Assembly: GCA_049967475.1 (NCBI GenBank)
Contig: JBMFSQ010000004.1
Coordinates: 102,025 to 166,024, forward strand
Length of the DNA: 64,000 nucleotides
Direction: 5' to 3'
DNA from: Chthonomonadales bacterium
GTDB lineage: Bacteria; Armatimonadota; Chthonomonadetes; Chthonomonadales; CAJBBX01
Shown one piece after another: positions 51,448-60,809 of the stretch. The notes under the pieces were generated by a model, which saw only the letters and a list, made by a program, of their open reading frames with translations, searched no databases and had not been told where the DNA came from. The number at the start of each line of letters is the position of its first letter. Within the stretch, counting starts at the first letter, position 1. Position numbers and translations under genes: made by a program.

Positions 51448-51618
51448 GAGCGACCTCCTGAAGGAGGGAAGTTCCGCGAGTATAATGGCATATACGGAGG
51501 CAGCGCAGCATCACGATCCGGCGGCCCGCCAAACGCGATCCTTCACCGTTGTACCTCCCTCTACGGCCGTTGAACGATCCCAGAAGCGCGGGATCGGCTG
51601 CGCACGAAAAGGCATTCT

Positions 51619-52869
51619 ATGGCGACGCTTGTAGACACGGATCGGTCCGAGAGCAAGAGTGCGAGCGCCTTCACAGCGTTGCGCAATCCCGACTTCCGCA
51701 TCTTTTGGATCGGCGCCTGCCTTTCGTTCATCGGGAGCTGGGTGCAGATTGTTGCGATGGGCTGGCTGGTGTACCACATCACCGGATCAAAGGAGGCACT
51801 CGGCATTATTGGGCTGGCGGGCGGCATCCCCACCACGGTGCTGATGCTCTTTGGGGGCGTGATTGCAGACCGAGCCAACAAGCGCTTGCTGGTCATGACG
51901 ACCCAAACAATCTTCGGCCTCACGGCCTTTGCGCTGGCTGCCCTGACGTGGACCGGCCGCATCGCCCTCTGGCATATCGCCGTCCTCTCCTTCATCAATG
52001 GGGCGGTTTTCGCAGCAGATGGGCCTGCGCGCCAAGCAATGATCGTGTCTATCGTCGGCAGGGAGGATCTGGCAGGGGGCGTGGCGCTTCAATCTGCAGC
52101 GTTCAACTTGGCTCGGGTGATCGGGCCTGCAGTGGGCGGTCTACTCTATGCGGCTGTTGGGCCGGCATGGTGCTTTTTCATCAATGGGGTGAGCTTCGGC
52201 GCCATCATCCTTGCTGTGGCATTGGTGCGGACGGATCTTTCGGCCCAAGCGGAGCCCCAGAATTCGGTATGGATCGGTCTGATGGAGGGGTTGCGGTATC
52301 TTCGCTCCAATCGCCTTATGAAGGCCGTGGTGTCGCTGACTGCCGTCACCAGCGTGTTCGCCTTCTCTGCCTACAGTACCCTTATGCCCGCGATCGGGCG
52401 GGACACACTGCACCTGTCCGAGGATCGGTACGGATGGCTCTTTTCGGCTGTGGGTCTGGGCTCGCTGGTAGGCGTGTATCTGGTGGGACAGCACGCGGCG
52501 GCGGGGCGACGGGGGAGGCTGATGTTCAGCGGGGCCCTCATCTTCGCAGCGGCCCTCTTCGGACTGACCCTTACGAGGAATTTCTCGGCTGCCCTCGTTT
52601 TGTTATTCGTTGTGGGGTTGGCCGCAATCTCTCAACTCACCACGGCGAACACCCTCACGCAATCCCTCGCTCCGGACCGGCTTCAGGGGAGGGCGGTGTC
52701 GGTGCACATGTTCGCCATGGCAGGGCTTCAGCCGCTCGGCGCCTATCTGGCCGGGTTGTTGGCTCAGCGATGGGGAGTGGCGGCGACCCTTCAGATAGAC
52801 GCGGGCATCCTCCTTTTGTACGCCCTGTTTCTGCTGGCGTTGCGCCCGGAGGTGGCGCGGCTCGAGTGA
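51619..52869 (+). CDS. MFS transporter (MFS_3-like)
   Basis: FRIFW...GSWVQ, GGVIADR, PARQ, FNLARVIGP, QGR. Confidence 0.9.
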   Translation: MATLVDTDRSESKSASAFTALRNPDFRIFWIGACLSFIGSWVQIVAMGWLVYHITGSKEALGIIGLAGGIPTTVLMLFGGVIADRANKRLLVMTTQTIFGLTAFALAALTWTGRIALWHIAVLSFINGAVFAADGPARQAMIVSIVGREDLAGGVALQSAAFNLARVIGPAVGGLLYAAVGPAWCFFINGVSFGAIILAVALVRTDLSAQAEPQNSVWIGLMEGLRYLRSNRLMKAVVSLTAVTSVFAFSAYSTLMPAIGRDTLHLSEDRYGWLFSAVGLGSLVGVYLVGQHAAAGRRGRLMFSGALIFAAALFGLTLTRNFSAALVLLFVVGLAAISQLTTANTLTQSLAPDRLQGRAVSVHMFAMAGLQPLGAYLAGLLAQRWGVAATLQIDAGILLLYALFLLALRPEVARLE

Positions 52870-52941
52870 AAGGCCTATCCATGCGCCGTGGGATGAAGGC
52901 GGCAGGTTTTCATCACTGAGGCTTCAATCGGAGGTGACACA

Positions 52942-53655
52942 ATGTCTGGTCAGGTTGCACGGTTTACGTGGCTTGGGCATGCTACGTTCATAGTGGATAC
53001 GCCCGGCGGCAAGCGGATCCTCATTGATCCGTGGGTCGAGCACAATCCGGCTTGTCCGGAGGCGCACAAAAGGATCACCCAGTGCGATTTGATGCTCCTC
53101 ACCCATGCGCATTTCGATCACATCGGCGACGCCATCCCCATTGCCCGGCAGACGGGTGCTGAGGTAGTCGGCATCGTCGAGTTGCTCTCATGGCTGGAGC
53201 GCAAAGGCGTCAAGAACCTGAAATCTATGAACAAAGGGGGAACGCAGCGCTTCGGACACATTGCCGTCACGATGGTTCATGCCGACCATTCCTGCGGCAT
53301 TTCTGATGGCGGCCAGATCCTCTATGGCGGCGAGGCTGTAGGATACGTGGTGCGGCTGGAGAACGGCTTCACCTTCTACCACGCAGGCGACACGGCGGTC
53401 TTCGGAGACATGGCGCTGATCGGCGAACTGTACCGGCCCAATCTGGCGATGCTGCCCATCGGAGATCATTACACGATGTCCCCTCTGGAGGCTGCGAAGG
53501 CAGTGCGCTTGCTGGGCGCCAAACACGTAATCCCCATGCATTTCGGTACCTTCCCGCTTCTTCAGGGCACCCCGGCGGAGCTGAAGGAGCGAACGCAGGA
53601 TATCGAGGGGCTGGTGGTCCATGATTTGCAGCCCGGAAACAGCGTGGAGTTCTAG
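52942..53655 (+). CDS. UPF0173 metallo-beta-lactamase-fold hydrolase
   Basis: WLGHATF, THAHFDH, HADHS, YHAGDT, PMHFGTFP. Confidence 0.92.
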   Translation: MSGQVARFTWLGHATFIVDTPGGKRILIDPWVEHNPACPEAHKRITQCDLMLLTHAHFDHIGDAIPIARQTGAEVVGIVELLSWLERKGVKNLKSMNKGGTQRFGHIAVTMVHADHSCGISDGGQILYGGEAVGYVVRLENGFTFYHAGDTAVFGDMALIGELYRPNLAMLPIGDHYTMSPLEAAKAVRLLGAKHVIPMHFGTFPLLQGTPAELKERTQDIEGLVVHDLQPGNSVEF

Positions 53656-53735
53656 CGGCGCCGCCAAGCAGGTCGGCGATGTGGCTGGTCGGCCCAGCCT
53701 GCGGCCTTACCGGATCGCGAATCCACGAAGCCTCT

Positions 53736-54710
53736 TTAGCGCCGAGGGATCACTTCCGGGTTCACCGGGTTGGGCAGCGGAAGGCCCCGGAGCCCCGCTA
53801 TGAGGTTCTCCACCGCCAGTTTAGCCATCTTGATGCGGGTGGCGATGGAGGCTGAGCCGATGTGCGGTAACAGCACCACGTTGTCCATGGCGACGAGGTC
53901 ATCATCGGGGGGCAAAGGTTCTTCCTCATACACGTCCAGCCCGGCAGCGCGGATCGTTCCGTTGCGCAGGGCCTGAATAAGGGCCGTTTGGTCCACCACC
54001 TGGCCGCGGGAGGTGTTGATGAGGATTGCCGTGGGCTTCATCAAGGCAAGTTCGCGCGGGCCGATGAGGTGGTGCGTAGCGGGTGTGAGGGGGGTGTGCA
54101 GGGTTACAAAATCGGACCGTTGAAGGAGCTCTTCCAGGTCCGCCCGTTTTGCGCCGAACTCGCGCTCGGCAGCGGGATTCGCCTGCGCGTCGGAATAAAG
54201 GATCTCCATCTGGAAGCCGGAAGCCCGCCGTGCCATTTCGGTTCCGATGCGGCCCATTCCCACAATGCCCAGCACCGCATGGTGGACGTCGGGCCCTGTT
54301 AGGAACATGGGAGACCACGTTTTCCATGCGCCGGATCGTGTGACGCGGTCGGCTTCCACCAGGCGGCGGGCGGTGGCCAGAAGGAGTGCGAAGGCAAGAT
54401 CGGCAGTTGTTTCGGTGAGGACACCGGGTGTGTTGCCTACAGGGATGCCCCGGGCGGTGCATGCCTCTACATCTATATTGTCGAACCCCACGGCCATCTG
54501 GCTTACCACCTTTAGGCGGGGCGCGCGGTCGAGGAGTTCAGCGTCCACGCGATCCGTGAGGAGGCAGAGGAGCCCGTCGGCCTCAGCGACACACTTCAGC
54601 AACTCTTCCCGCGGAGGGGGCAGCTCGCCGGGCCAAACGTCAACCTCCGCGACGTGTCGCAGGGGCTCTAGTGCTTCGTGCGGGAGTTCTCGTGTGACAA
54701 ATACGCGCAT
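53736..54710 (-). CDS. gyaR: Glyoxylate reductase / D-glycerate dehydrogenase
   Basis: AVGFDNID, NTPGVLTETTAD, GMGRIG, NTSRG, DVYEEEP, PHIGSA. Confidence 0.9.
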   Translation of the reverse strand: MRVFVTRELPHEALEPLRHVAEVDVWPGELPPPREELLKCVAEADGLLCLLTDRVDAELLDRAPRLKVVSQMAVGFDNIDVEACTARGIPVGNTPGVLTETTADLAFALLLATARRLVEADRVTRSGAWKTWSPMFLTGPDVHHAVLGIVGMGRIGTEMARRASGFQMEILYSDAQANPAAEREFGAKRADLEELLQRSDFVTLHTPLTPATHHLIGPRELALMKPTAILINTSRGQVVDQTALIQALRNGTIRAAGLDVYEEEPLPPDDDLVAMDNVVLLPHIGSASIATRIKMAKLAVENLIAGLRGLPLPNPVNPEVIPRR

Positions 54711-54753
54711 GGCAGCCTCTCGTTTCATTGTGCGAAGTGGGTCAGCCGGCGCT

Positions 54754-55887
54754 TCACTGCACGTAGGTAATCTCGACGCCGTCGGACCCGAAGGTCTTTT
54801 CCAATTGAGTGCAGAGCCTCTTGAGGCCGGGCATAACAGATGAGGGATAGCCGATATCAATGAGCACTGTTGGGCTGTTATCGGCCAAGATCATGTCTTG
54901 AAGGGAGGCGCCGCCCGTAATGAAAGCCCCGGCTCCGGCCCGTGCAGCCTGCCAGAACAAACCCTGGGTGACGCCGCTTGCCACTGCGAGGGACGAGATA
55001 GGGAATTCGGGTTTGTGGGAGCAGCGCACGGCAGGGGATCCGAGCACATCCTGGATTTGGGCCAGCACGGTGTCCAACGCTACCTTCAGGGGCAATTCGC
55101 CCAAGCGGCCGCGGCCATAGAAGGCGCCGGGGTTCTTCACCATATACACGTCGTAGGCGACCTCTTCGTAGGGATGCGCATCGAGGATCGCTGCAATGAC
55201 ACCCTGCAATTCCCGTTGCGGAACGATCATCTCGATGCGCAGCTCTTCCACACGCTCGAGGCGGCCCACGGCGCCGACGGCAGGTTTCGCCCCGAGTTGA
55301 GGAAGGAACGTGCCGACGCCGCGGGTTTGGAAGGAACAGTGCGTGTAAGCCCCGATGCGGCCGGCTCCTGCTTCGGCAGCGGCGGCGAAGACGCGTTCGG
55401 CATGGTCTTCAGGCACATAGAAGGCAATCTTGTATTGGGGCTCGAAGGTGGTTGGCTTCAGCGGCGTCGTAGCAGCCAATCCCAACTGTTCTGCAAGCGT
55501 GTCGTCGAAGCCCCCAGGTGCGGCGGCGTATGTATTGGGAAGTGCGTAGAGCGTGATCGAGTGCTTTACCAAATAAGCAACCTTCCCTCCGATGGGGTCG
55601 TCAAGCCTCAGAGACGTGAACGGCGAGGTCAGGAGCGGTGCAGCGGTGATGAGGAGGGCGTGCTTGCGCGCGGCCGCTGCTGAGAGGGCATTGAAAGAAG
55701 CCATGGGGGCTACCACGATTGCCCGTACTTCGGCAGCCGAGGTACCGACCTGAACACCATAAGGTTCCTCCGGGACGGCGAGGGAGGGCGGCGCAAGGTA
55801 TTCCAGGAACTCGATCACGGCAGCCGCCGTAGGAGGTCGCTTTCGGCGGCGACGGATGCGGTCTAAGGGCTCTGAAGGCTTACGCAT
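54754..55887 (-). CDS. NIF3/YqfO-like protein with degenerate metal site
   Basis: NIF3 scaffold (GVQVG, GRGRLG, LAVASG) with intact insert AGAGRIGAYTHCSF...HPYEEVAYD. Confidence 0.85.
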   Translation of the reverse strand: MRKPSEPLDRIRRRRKRPPTAAAVIEFLEYLAPPSLAVPEEPYGVQVGTSAAEVRAIVVAPMASFNALSAAAARKHALLITAAPLLTSPFTSLRLDDPIGGKVAYLVKHSITLYALPNTYAAAPGGFDDTLAEQLGLAATTPLKPTTFEPQYKIAFYVPEDHAERVFAAAAEAGAGRIGAYTHCSFQTRGVGTFLPQLGAKPAVGAVGRLERVEELRIEMIVPQRELQGVIAAILDAHPYEEVAYDVYMVKNPGAFYGRGRLGELPLKVALDTVLAQIQDVLGSPAVRCSHKPEFPISSLAVASGVTQGLFWQAARAGAGAFITGGASLQDMILADNSPTVLIDIGYPSSVMPGLKRLCTQLEKTFGSDGVEITYVQ

Positions 55888-55985
55888 TGCGCTGGAGGCT
55901 CCTCGGTTGCACCTTGGTACGAGGCGGAAACATCGGCCGATGGCGCCACGATATGGAAGGAGGCTGCCAAATTCACCTCGTACGC

Positions 55986-56015
55986 ACTATATCGCACAAG
56001 GATCGGCCCTGTCAA
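55986..56015 (-). promoter_or_regulatory. sigma70 promoter of the NIF3-like-gyaR unit
   Basis: TTGACA-N18-TATAGT on the minus strand. Confidence 0.7.
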
Positions 56016-56175
56016 CGTCGGCGAGGAAGGGCGTCAATCCAATGCGAAAAGGGCGAAACATCCGCACGGCCGGTTCGTCTAACAGAATGATGGACGAAGT
56101 CCGTCTGGTTACGTTTATAGGGCTTGGCAGTCTGTTCTGTTCGTCGTGCACGCATCTTAGGAGGAGGTGACTCGC

Positions 56176-56382
56176 ATGACAACCGACGGCGCCCAAACCG
56201 AGGTGGAATATCCCGCGGTCGTGCGGCGTTGGGATTACCACGTGTGCAATGTTCATGCCCGCCACATTGAGGTGTTGGAGGAACGCCTCAAGGAATTGGG
56301 CCGCGATGGTTGGGAGCTCGTATACATGCACTCTCCTATCGCAACGGAATACCAGTGCGTCATGCGGCGCCCACTGGTGTGA
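56176..56382 (+). CDS. DUF4177 family small protein
   Basis: AGGAGGAGG RBS; WDYHV...LKELGRDGWELV...MRRP. Confidence 0.8.
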   Translation: MTTDGAQTEVEYPAVVRRWDYHVCNVHARHIEVLEERLKELGRDGWELVYMHSPIATEYQCVMRRPLV

Positions 56383-56482
56383 ACCAAGGCCCACAATTTG
56401 ATTGCTGTATTGCGATGTTGGGAGGGGGCCGAGGATGCGGTCCCTCTTTTCATTATCTTGGGGAATAATCCGGCGCATCCCA

Positions 56483-56687
56483 CCGCCGGGTCTCCGGGCT
56501 GGAGCCGGTCAGGCCGCAAAGACCCCGGCCGCACCAGTTTCCGTAGAACGCCTTCGGAAGCCTGGCCCGATCTCAGCCCCCGGGCGCGGAATGAGCGCAT
56601 CCGAAGGCTTTCTGTGTCCGGCATTGAATTTCGACCCTGCGTGCAGCCGAAACGGACCGGTGTGCGCTACTGGAGGAGACCCGGCGG
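56483..56687. other. Rod-like structured intergenic element with 13-bp terminal inverted repeats
   Basis: CCGCCGGGTCTCC / GGAGACCCGGCGG plus nested stems; see findings. Confidence 0.6.
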
Positions 56688-56696
56688 CCGGATAGG

Positions 56697-57218
56697 TCAG
56701 GATCGGCCGGCAGCGCTAAGGCGCATGCTCTTGTGGCGCAAGGATTGCCGGATGGCAGGCCGATACTCCTGGGGCACACGCTTGAGTGCTGCCTTGAGAG
56801 CGCGTGCAGCCGCAGGATCCGGAATGCGCTCCAGCGCCATGCGGGCATCCTCGCGGATATCGGCATCCTCCAATAACGCCGAGATCGGAGGCACCGCGGC
56901 CCCACCGCCGCAACACCCAAGAAGCATCAAGGCATCCGACCGTACTGCGCGGGGGTAATCGGGCCCGATCACCTTCAGCAATTCGGCCGCCACCGCAGCG
57001 TGGGTACCGTTTGACATCGAGGCGTAGGCTAATCTTCGCAGCCCTTCTTGTGCTGCCCGGCCTGCGCCTAGATCGTCTCCCCCCATCACGCGTGCAAGCG
57101 GAACTACGGCGGTGGCAGGGAGCTTCGGTGCATCCGCCAGGGCTGCTTCCCGGGCGGCTTCATCTCCTGTTCTGATGCGCTCGATCCAGGTGTCCACATC
57201 CTGGTTTTGTAGGCTCAT
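56697..57218 (-). CDS. HEAT-repeat protein
   Basis: VRSDALMLLG...AVPPISALLEDADIREDARMALERI...AARAL. Confidence 0.8.
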   Translation of the reverse strand: MSLQNQDVDTWIERIRTGDEAAREAALADAPKLPATAVVPLARVMGGDDLGAGRAAQEGLRRLAYASMSNGTHAAVAAELLKVIGPDYPRAVRSDALMLLGCCGGGAAVPPISALLEDADIREDARMALERIPDPAAARALKAALKRVPQEYRPAIRQSLRHKSMRLSAAGRS

Positions 57219-57330
57219 AGCTGTTTGTCCTCGTCATCACGCATTGTGTATGGGCAATCTGCAGCAGCACATTTCGTGGCACCAAGCCGGCCGCACCTTC
57301 CGTGTCGCCGAACGGGCGCATGCCCGCCAC

Positions 57331-58632
57331 CTAGAGCTTCCACGGGGCGCGATAGGGCGTGCTCAAGAGGCGGTTTGCTTCAGGATCGTCAACGAAGCGG
57401 TCTTCCGCAATGTTGAATGTGACCTTCCGGCCCAGTTTGTAGGCTGCCACGGCCACGATGCAGAGGAGGATCGCCTTGCGGGCAATGCCGATATCCGCCA
57501 CTGGAAGCTTGCGCGTTCGGATGCAGTCGTACCAGTTTTGATGGTGGCGGGCGAGGGCGTCGTCGCCCTGGATGGGGTGCAGGTAAAGGTGCTTGCCACC
57601 CGGAGGGACCTGGAATTGCAGCGCCTTCTGCTCAACGGCGCATCCGCCGTCTCCACCCAGAACGACCAGGTCGCCGCCGGTTCCGGTGTAGGTGGCGCCC
57701 CATTCTCCCGGGAAGCGGGGGTTCTTGACACCCGGCTGGCTCCAGGTGATGATGAGGTCGCGGCCCGGCAGGTACCATCGCACATCCATGGCGTAAGGGG
57801 CGTCACGGCGGCTGTCGCACTGCACCTTGCCGGTGGCTTCGCACTCCACCAGGCCATCATAATCGTCGTTGCCGATGATCCAATTCATGGTGCTCAGGGC
57901 ATGGTTGCCGCGGTCCCGAATGAAGCCTTCTCCATAATCCATGTACCAGCGGAAGTTGAACGGGTGGATATCCGGGCTATAGGGCGCCCACCGAGCCGGG
58001 CCGAGCCACAGGTCCCAATCCAACGTGGGCGGCGGCGCCGACAGAGGCGCGAAGGTTCCTTTGAAGTTCTCGGGGTGCCAGATGTCCACGCGCTTCACGG
58101 TGCCGATGCCACCGTTCTGAACGAATTCAGCAGCTTTGAACGCCTGGGAGTTGGACCGGCCCTGTGTCCCGATCTGAACGATGCGTTTGTGATAGCGGGC
58201 GGCGTTGAGCATGGCCCGCGCTTCTTCAACGGTCTTGCAGACCGGCTTCTCGGAATACACATCCTTGCCCGCTTGGCATGCCATGACGGTCATGATGGCG
58301 TGCCAATGGTCCGGCGTACCGATGGTTACGGCGTCAATATCCTTGCGGTCCAATACGCGGCGAAAGTCCCGGGTAACCAAAGGATCGCCTTTGATGCGGG
58401 GGCGGATGCGCGCCAGAACATTGTCGTCTACATCACAGATAGCGGCACAGGCATCGGGGACAATGTGGGCGCTGCCCATGCCGTTGAGGCCGATGTGGCC
58501 GAAGATGATGCGGTCGTTGGCTCCGGGACGTCCTTTTCGCCCAATGACGCCCTCGGGAATGATCGTTGGGATGGCGAGCGATGCTGCTGCGCCGAGGATC
58601 TCGCGGCGTGTTAGGCCATTCCTGTGATCCAT
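57331..58632 (-). CDS. TAT-exported Gfo/Idh/MocA oxidoreductase
   Basis: TRREIL, GANDRI, TPDHWH, GKDVYSEKP, WDLWLGPA, YRAPW. Confidence 0.92.
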   Translation of the reverse strand: MDHRNGLTRREILGAAASLAIPTIIPEGVIGRKGRPGANDRIIFGHIGLNGMGSAHIVPDACAAICDVDDNVLARIRPRIKGDPLVTRDFRRVLDRKDIDAVTIGTPDHWHAIMTVMACQAGKDVYSEKPVCKTVEEARAMLNAARYHKRIVQIGTQGRSNSQAFKAAEFVQNGGIGTVKRVDIWHPENFKGTFAPLSAPPPTLDWDLWLGPARWAPYSPDIHPFNFRWYMDYGEGFIRDRGNHALSTMNWIIGNDDYDGLVECEATGKVQCDSRRDAPYAMDVRWYLPGRDLIITWSQPGVKNPRFPGEWGATYTGTGGDLVVLGGDGGCAVEQKALQFQVPPGGKHLYLHPIQGDDALARHHQNWYDCIRTRKLPVADIGIARKAILLCIVAVAAYKLGRKVTFNIAEDRFVDDPEANRLLSTPYRAPWKL

Positions 58633-58751
58633 GGTTGTGTCTCCTTCTGACAGGCAGGATCTGTGCGGGCCGGCAACGTCGTGCGCCATTCGCCCGCAGT
58701 GGCTGCCGGATTGGCGGGATCCGTGTCGCGCGTTGCCGGAACGTTGGCCGA

Positions 58752-59585
58752 TCATTTCTTGCCGTGCTCAAGATACGCGATGCCTCGGGCTGCATCCTCC
58801 ACGGGCACTTCCAAAACACAGGGCAGACCTGCGAAGAGGGGATGGTGCACCAGGCGCAAGAGGCCCTCGCCGATCGTGCCTTCTCCAGGAACTGCGTGTC
58901 GGTCACGCTTGCTGCCGCATGGAAACTGCGCGTCATTGAGATGCAAGCCCACGAGGCGCTCGGCCAGCCCTTGCTGCTGCACTTCTTCAGCCAGCCGTTC
59001 TGCCGCATCCGGCTGGGCCATATCAAAGCCCGCCACGTGGAGGTGGCACGTATCCAATACCACCCCGAGCTTCTCCGGGGGCGAACCCACTGCGCGAATC
59101 ACGTAACCCAGCTCGGCCACGGTCTGCCCCAATTCCGAACCCTCTGCCCCATTTTCCAAGAAAACGCGAGCTCCGGGCGCCAGCCTTCCCACCACGTCGC
59201 TGAGTTTGGACACCACGGCATCCAATGCGGCCTGTTGCGAGGCATGCCCCTTGGCATAGCCCACATGAAAGCACACGCCGGCGAGCCCCAATTCGGCCGC
59301 GAGCCCGGCATCCTGGACGAGCGCCCCTGCGGATCCGTTGCGAATGCGGGGATCGGGAGACGCCAGGTTTGTTAACAGGGAAGCATGGGCCATACCCCAC
59401 AAATCTGTGTCCGATGCCATCATTGCGGCCAGCACGCCCTGGTCTTGTGCATCTGGGATGCCTTCTTTGGAGAGGCGCACGGGGTTCCTCAACGTCGTCT
59501 GGAAGATGGTGCATCCCATCTCCCGGAGGATTGCCGGGATGGCAGCCAGGGGCGGATCTATGTGGGGACCGTAATGGTGCGTCAT
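58752..59585 (-). CDS. nfo: Endonuclease IV (Nfo)-like AP endonuclease
   Basis: Zn ligands HAS, FHVG, LEN, LDTCH, HLND, DRH, VLE retained. Confidence 0.8.
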   Translation of the reverse strand: MTHHYGPHIDPPLAAIPAILREMGCTIFQTTLRNPVRLSKEGIPDAQDQGVLAAMMASDTDLWGMAHASLLTNLASPDPRIRNGSAGALVQDAGLAAELGLAGVCFHVGYAKGHASQQAALDAVVSKLSDVVGRLAPGARVFLENGAEGSELGQTVAELGYVIRAVGSPPEKLGVVLDTCHLHVAGFDMAQPDAAERLAEEVQQQGLAERLVGLHLNDAQFPCGSKRDRHAVPGEGTIGEGLLRLVHHPLFAGLPCVLEVPVEDAARGIAYLEHGKK

Positions 59586-59719
59586 GTGTCCTTGGATCCT
59601 TGCAGATTGCGCCGATGCTCCCAGATGCGGCGTGCAGGCGGCAACGCTTTGCCTCGCTGCTGTTAGTGGGTTCGTTACGGCGAGGGAGATCTCCTGCATC
59701 TAGCGGGATGGACTGCGCG

Positions 59720-60760
59720 CTAGCCCTGCTTCTGCGTGTAATGGATCAGTTCCGTGCTGCGCAGCCGCTCCGCTGCTTGTTCTGCGGTAATGTCTCGCTG
59801 GGGCTCGGCCATCATTTCAAAGCCCACCATGAATTTTCGAATGGTGGCCGACCGCAACAGCGGGGGATAGAAGTGGGCGTGGAGCTGCCAATGGTCCCAT
59901 GATCCGGGCGCGGTGGGAGCTCCGTGCCAGCCCATGGAGTACGGGAAGCTGGTTTGGAAGAGGTTATCGTACCGCGTGAGGCTATGCCGGAGGATCTGAG
60001 CCAGGGCGGTACGTTCGGCGTCGCTGAGATCTTGCATCCTGAGGACGTGCCGGCGGGGCACGAGGAGGTACTCGTAGGGCCAAACGGCCCAGAATGGGAC
60101 CACGACAACCCAGTACTCATTCTCTTCTACGACGCGCTCTCGACGGTGTAATTCCTCCTGCGCATACTGCACCAGAAGAGGGCTGCCGTGTATGCTGAGC
60201 CATTCTCGTTGGCGCTGATCTTCGCGCGCAGGGATCACCGGGAGCCAATCGCCGGCCCATACCTGCCCGTGCGGGTGCGGGTTGGAAGCGCCCATGGCTT
60301 CGCCTCTGTTTTCAAAGATCTGGACCCATTCCCATTGACTTCCGAGGTCGGCGGTCTGCTCGGCCCAGACGTCTATCACGGCACGGATTTCGGGGACGTC
60401 CATGAGCGCCAGTGTAAGGTCGTGCCGCGGGGCGAAGCAGATGACCCGGCACGTGCCGCGCGCCGCAGCCGAAGTGAAGAGCGGTTCGTTTTGTGGGCGG
60501 TGCAGGCTTTGGGGAAGAAGGGCGGCGAAGTCGTTGGTAAAGACGAAAGTGCCGGTGTAGGCAGGATTGCGTACGCCGCCTGCGCGCTCATTCCCGGGGC
60601 AAAGGTAGCAATTGGGGTCGTACGCTAGACCCCGGATGTTGGGCTTAGCCTCATGATGGCCTTGCCATGGACGCTGAGTGCGGTGGGGCGATACCAAGAG
60701 CCATTCGCCTGTGAGTGCGTTGAAGCGCCGGTGAGGCGCGTCGGTTGCGAAGGTGTCCAA
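59720..60760 (-). CDS. galT: Galactose-1-phosphate uridylyltransferase
   Basis: [38 protein letters not shown]. Confidence 0.96.
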   Translation of the reverse strand: MDTFATDAPHRRFNALTGEWLLVSPHRTQRPWQGHHEAKPNIRGLAYDPNCYLCPGNERAGGVRNPAYTGTFVFTNDFAALLPQSLHRPQNEPLFTSAAARGTCRVICFAPRHDLTLALMDVPEIRAVIDVWAEQTADLGSQWEWVQIFENRGEAMGASNPHPHGQVWAGDWLPVIPAREDQRQREWLSIHGSPLLVQYAQEELHRRERVVEENEYWVVVVPFWAVWPYEYLLVPRRHVLRMQDLSDAERTALAQILRHSLTRYDNLFQTSFPYSMGWHGAPTAPGSWDHWQLHAHFYPPLLRSATIRKFMVGFEMMAEPQRDITAEQAAERLRSTELIHYTQKQG

Positions 60761-60809
60761 GTGGATGCGCGCTCCTTATCGTAACGGAATGGACGGCCGG
60801 CGGGCGCAG

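Noticed and set aside
57112..58614. Long antisense ORFs (also 48189-49733, 28211-29518, 14198-15349, 7138-8313)
   Set aside because: Shadow frames of confidently identified genes, expected in high-GC DNA; no motifs.
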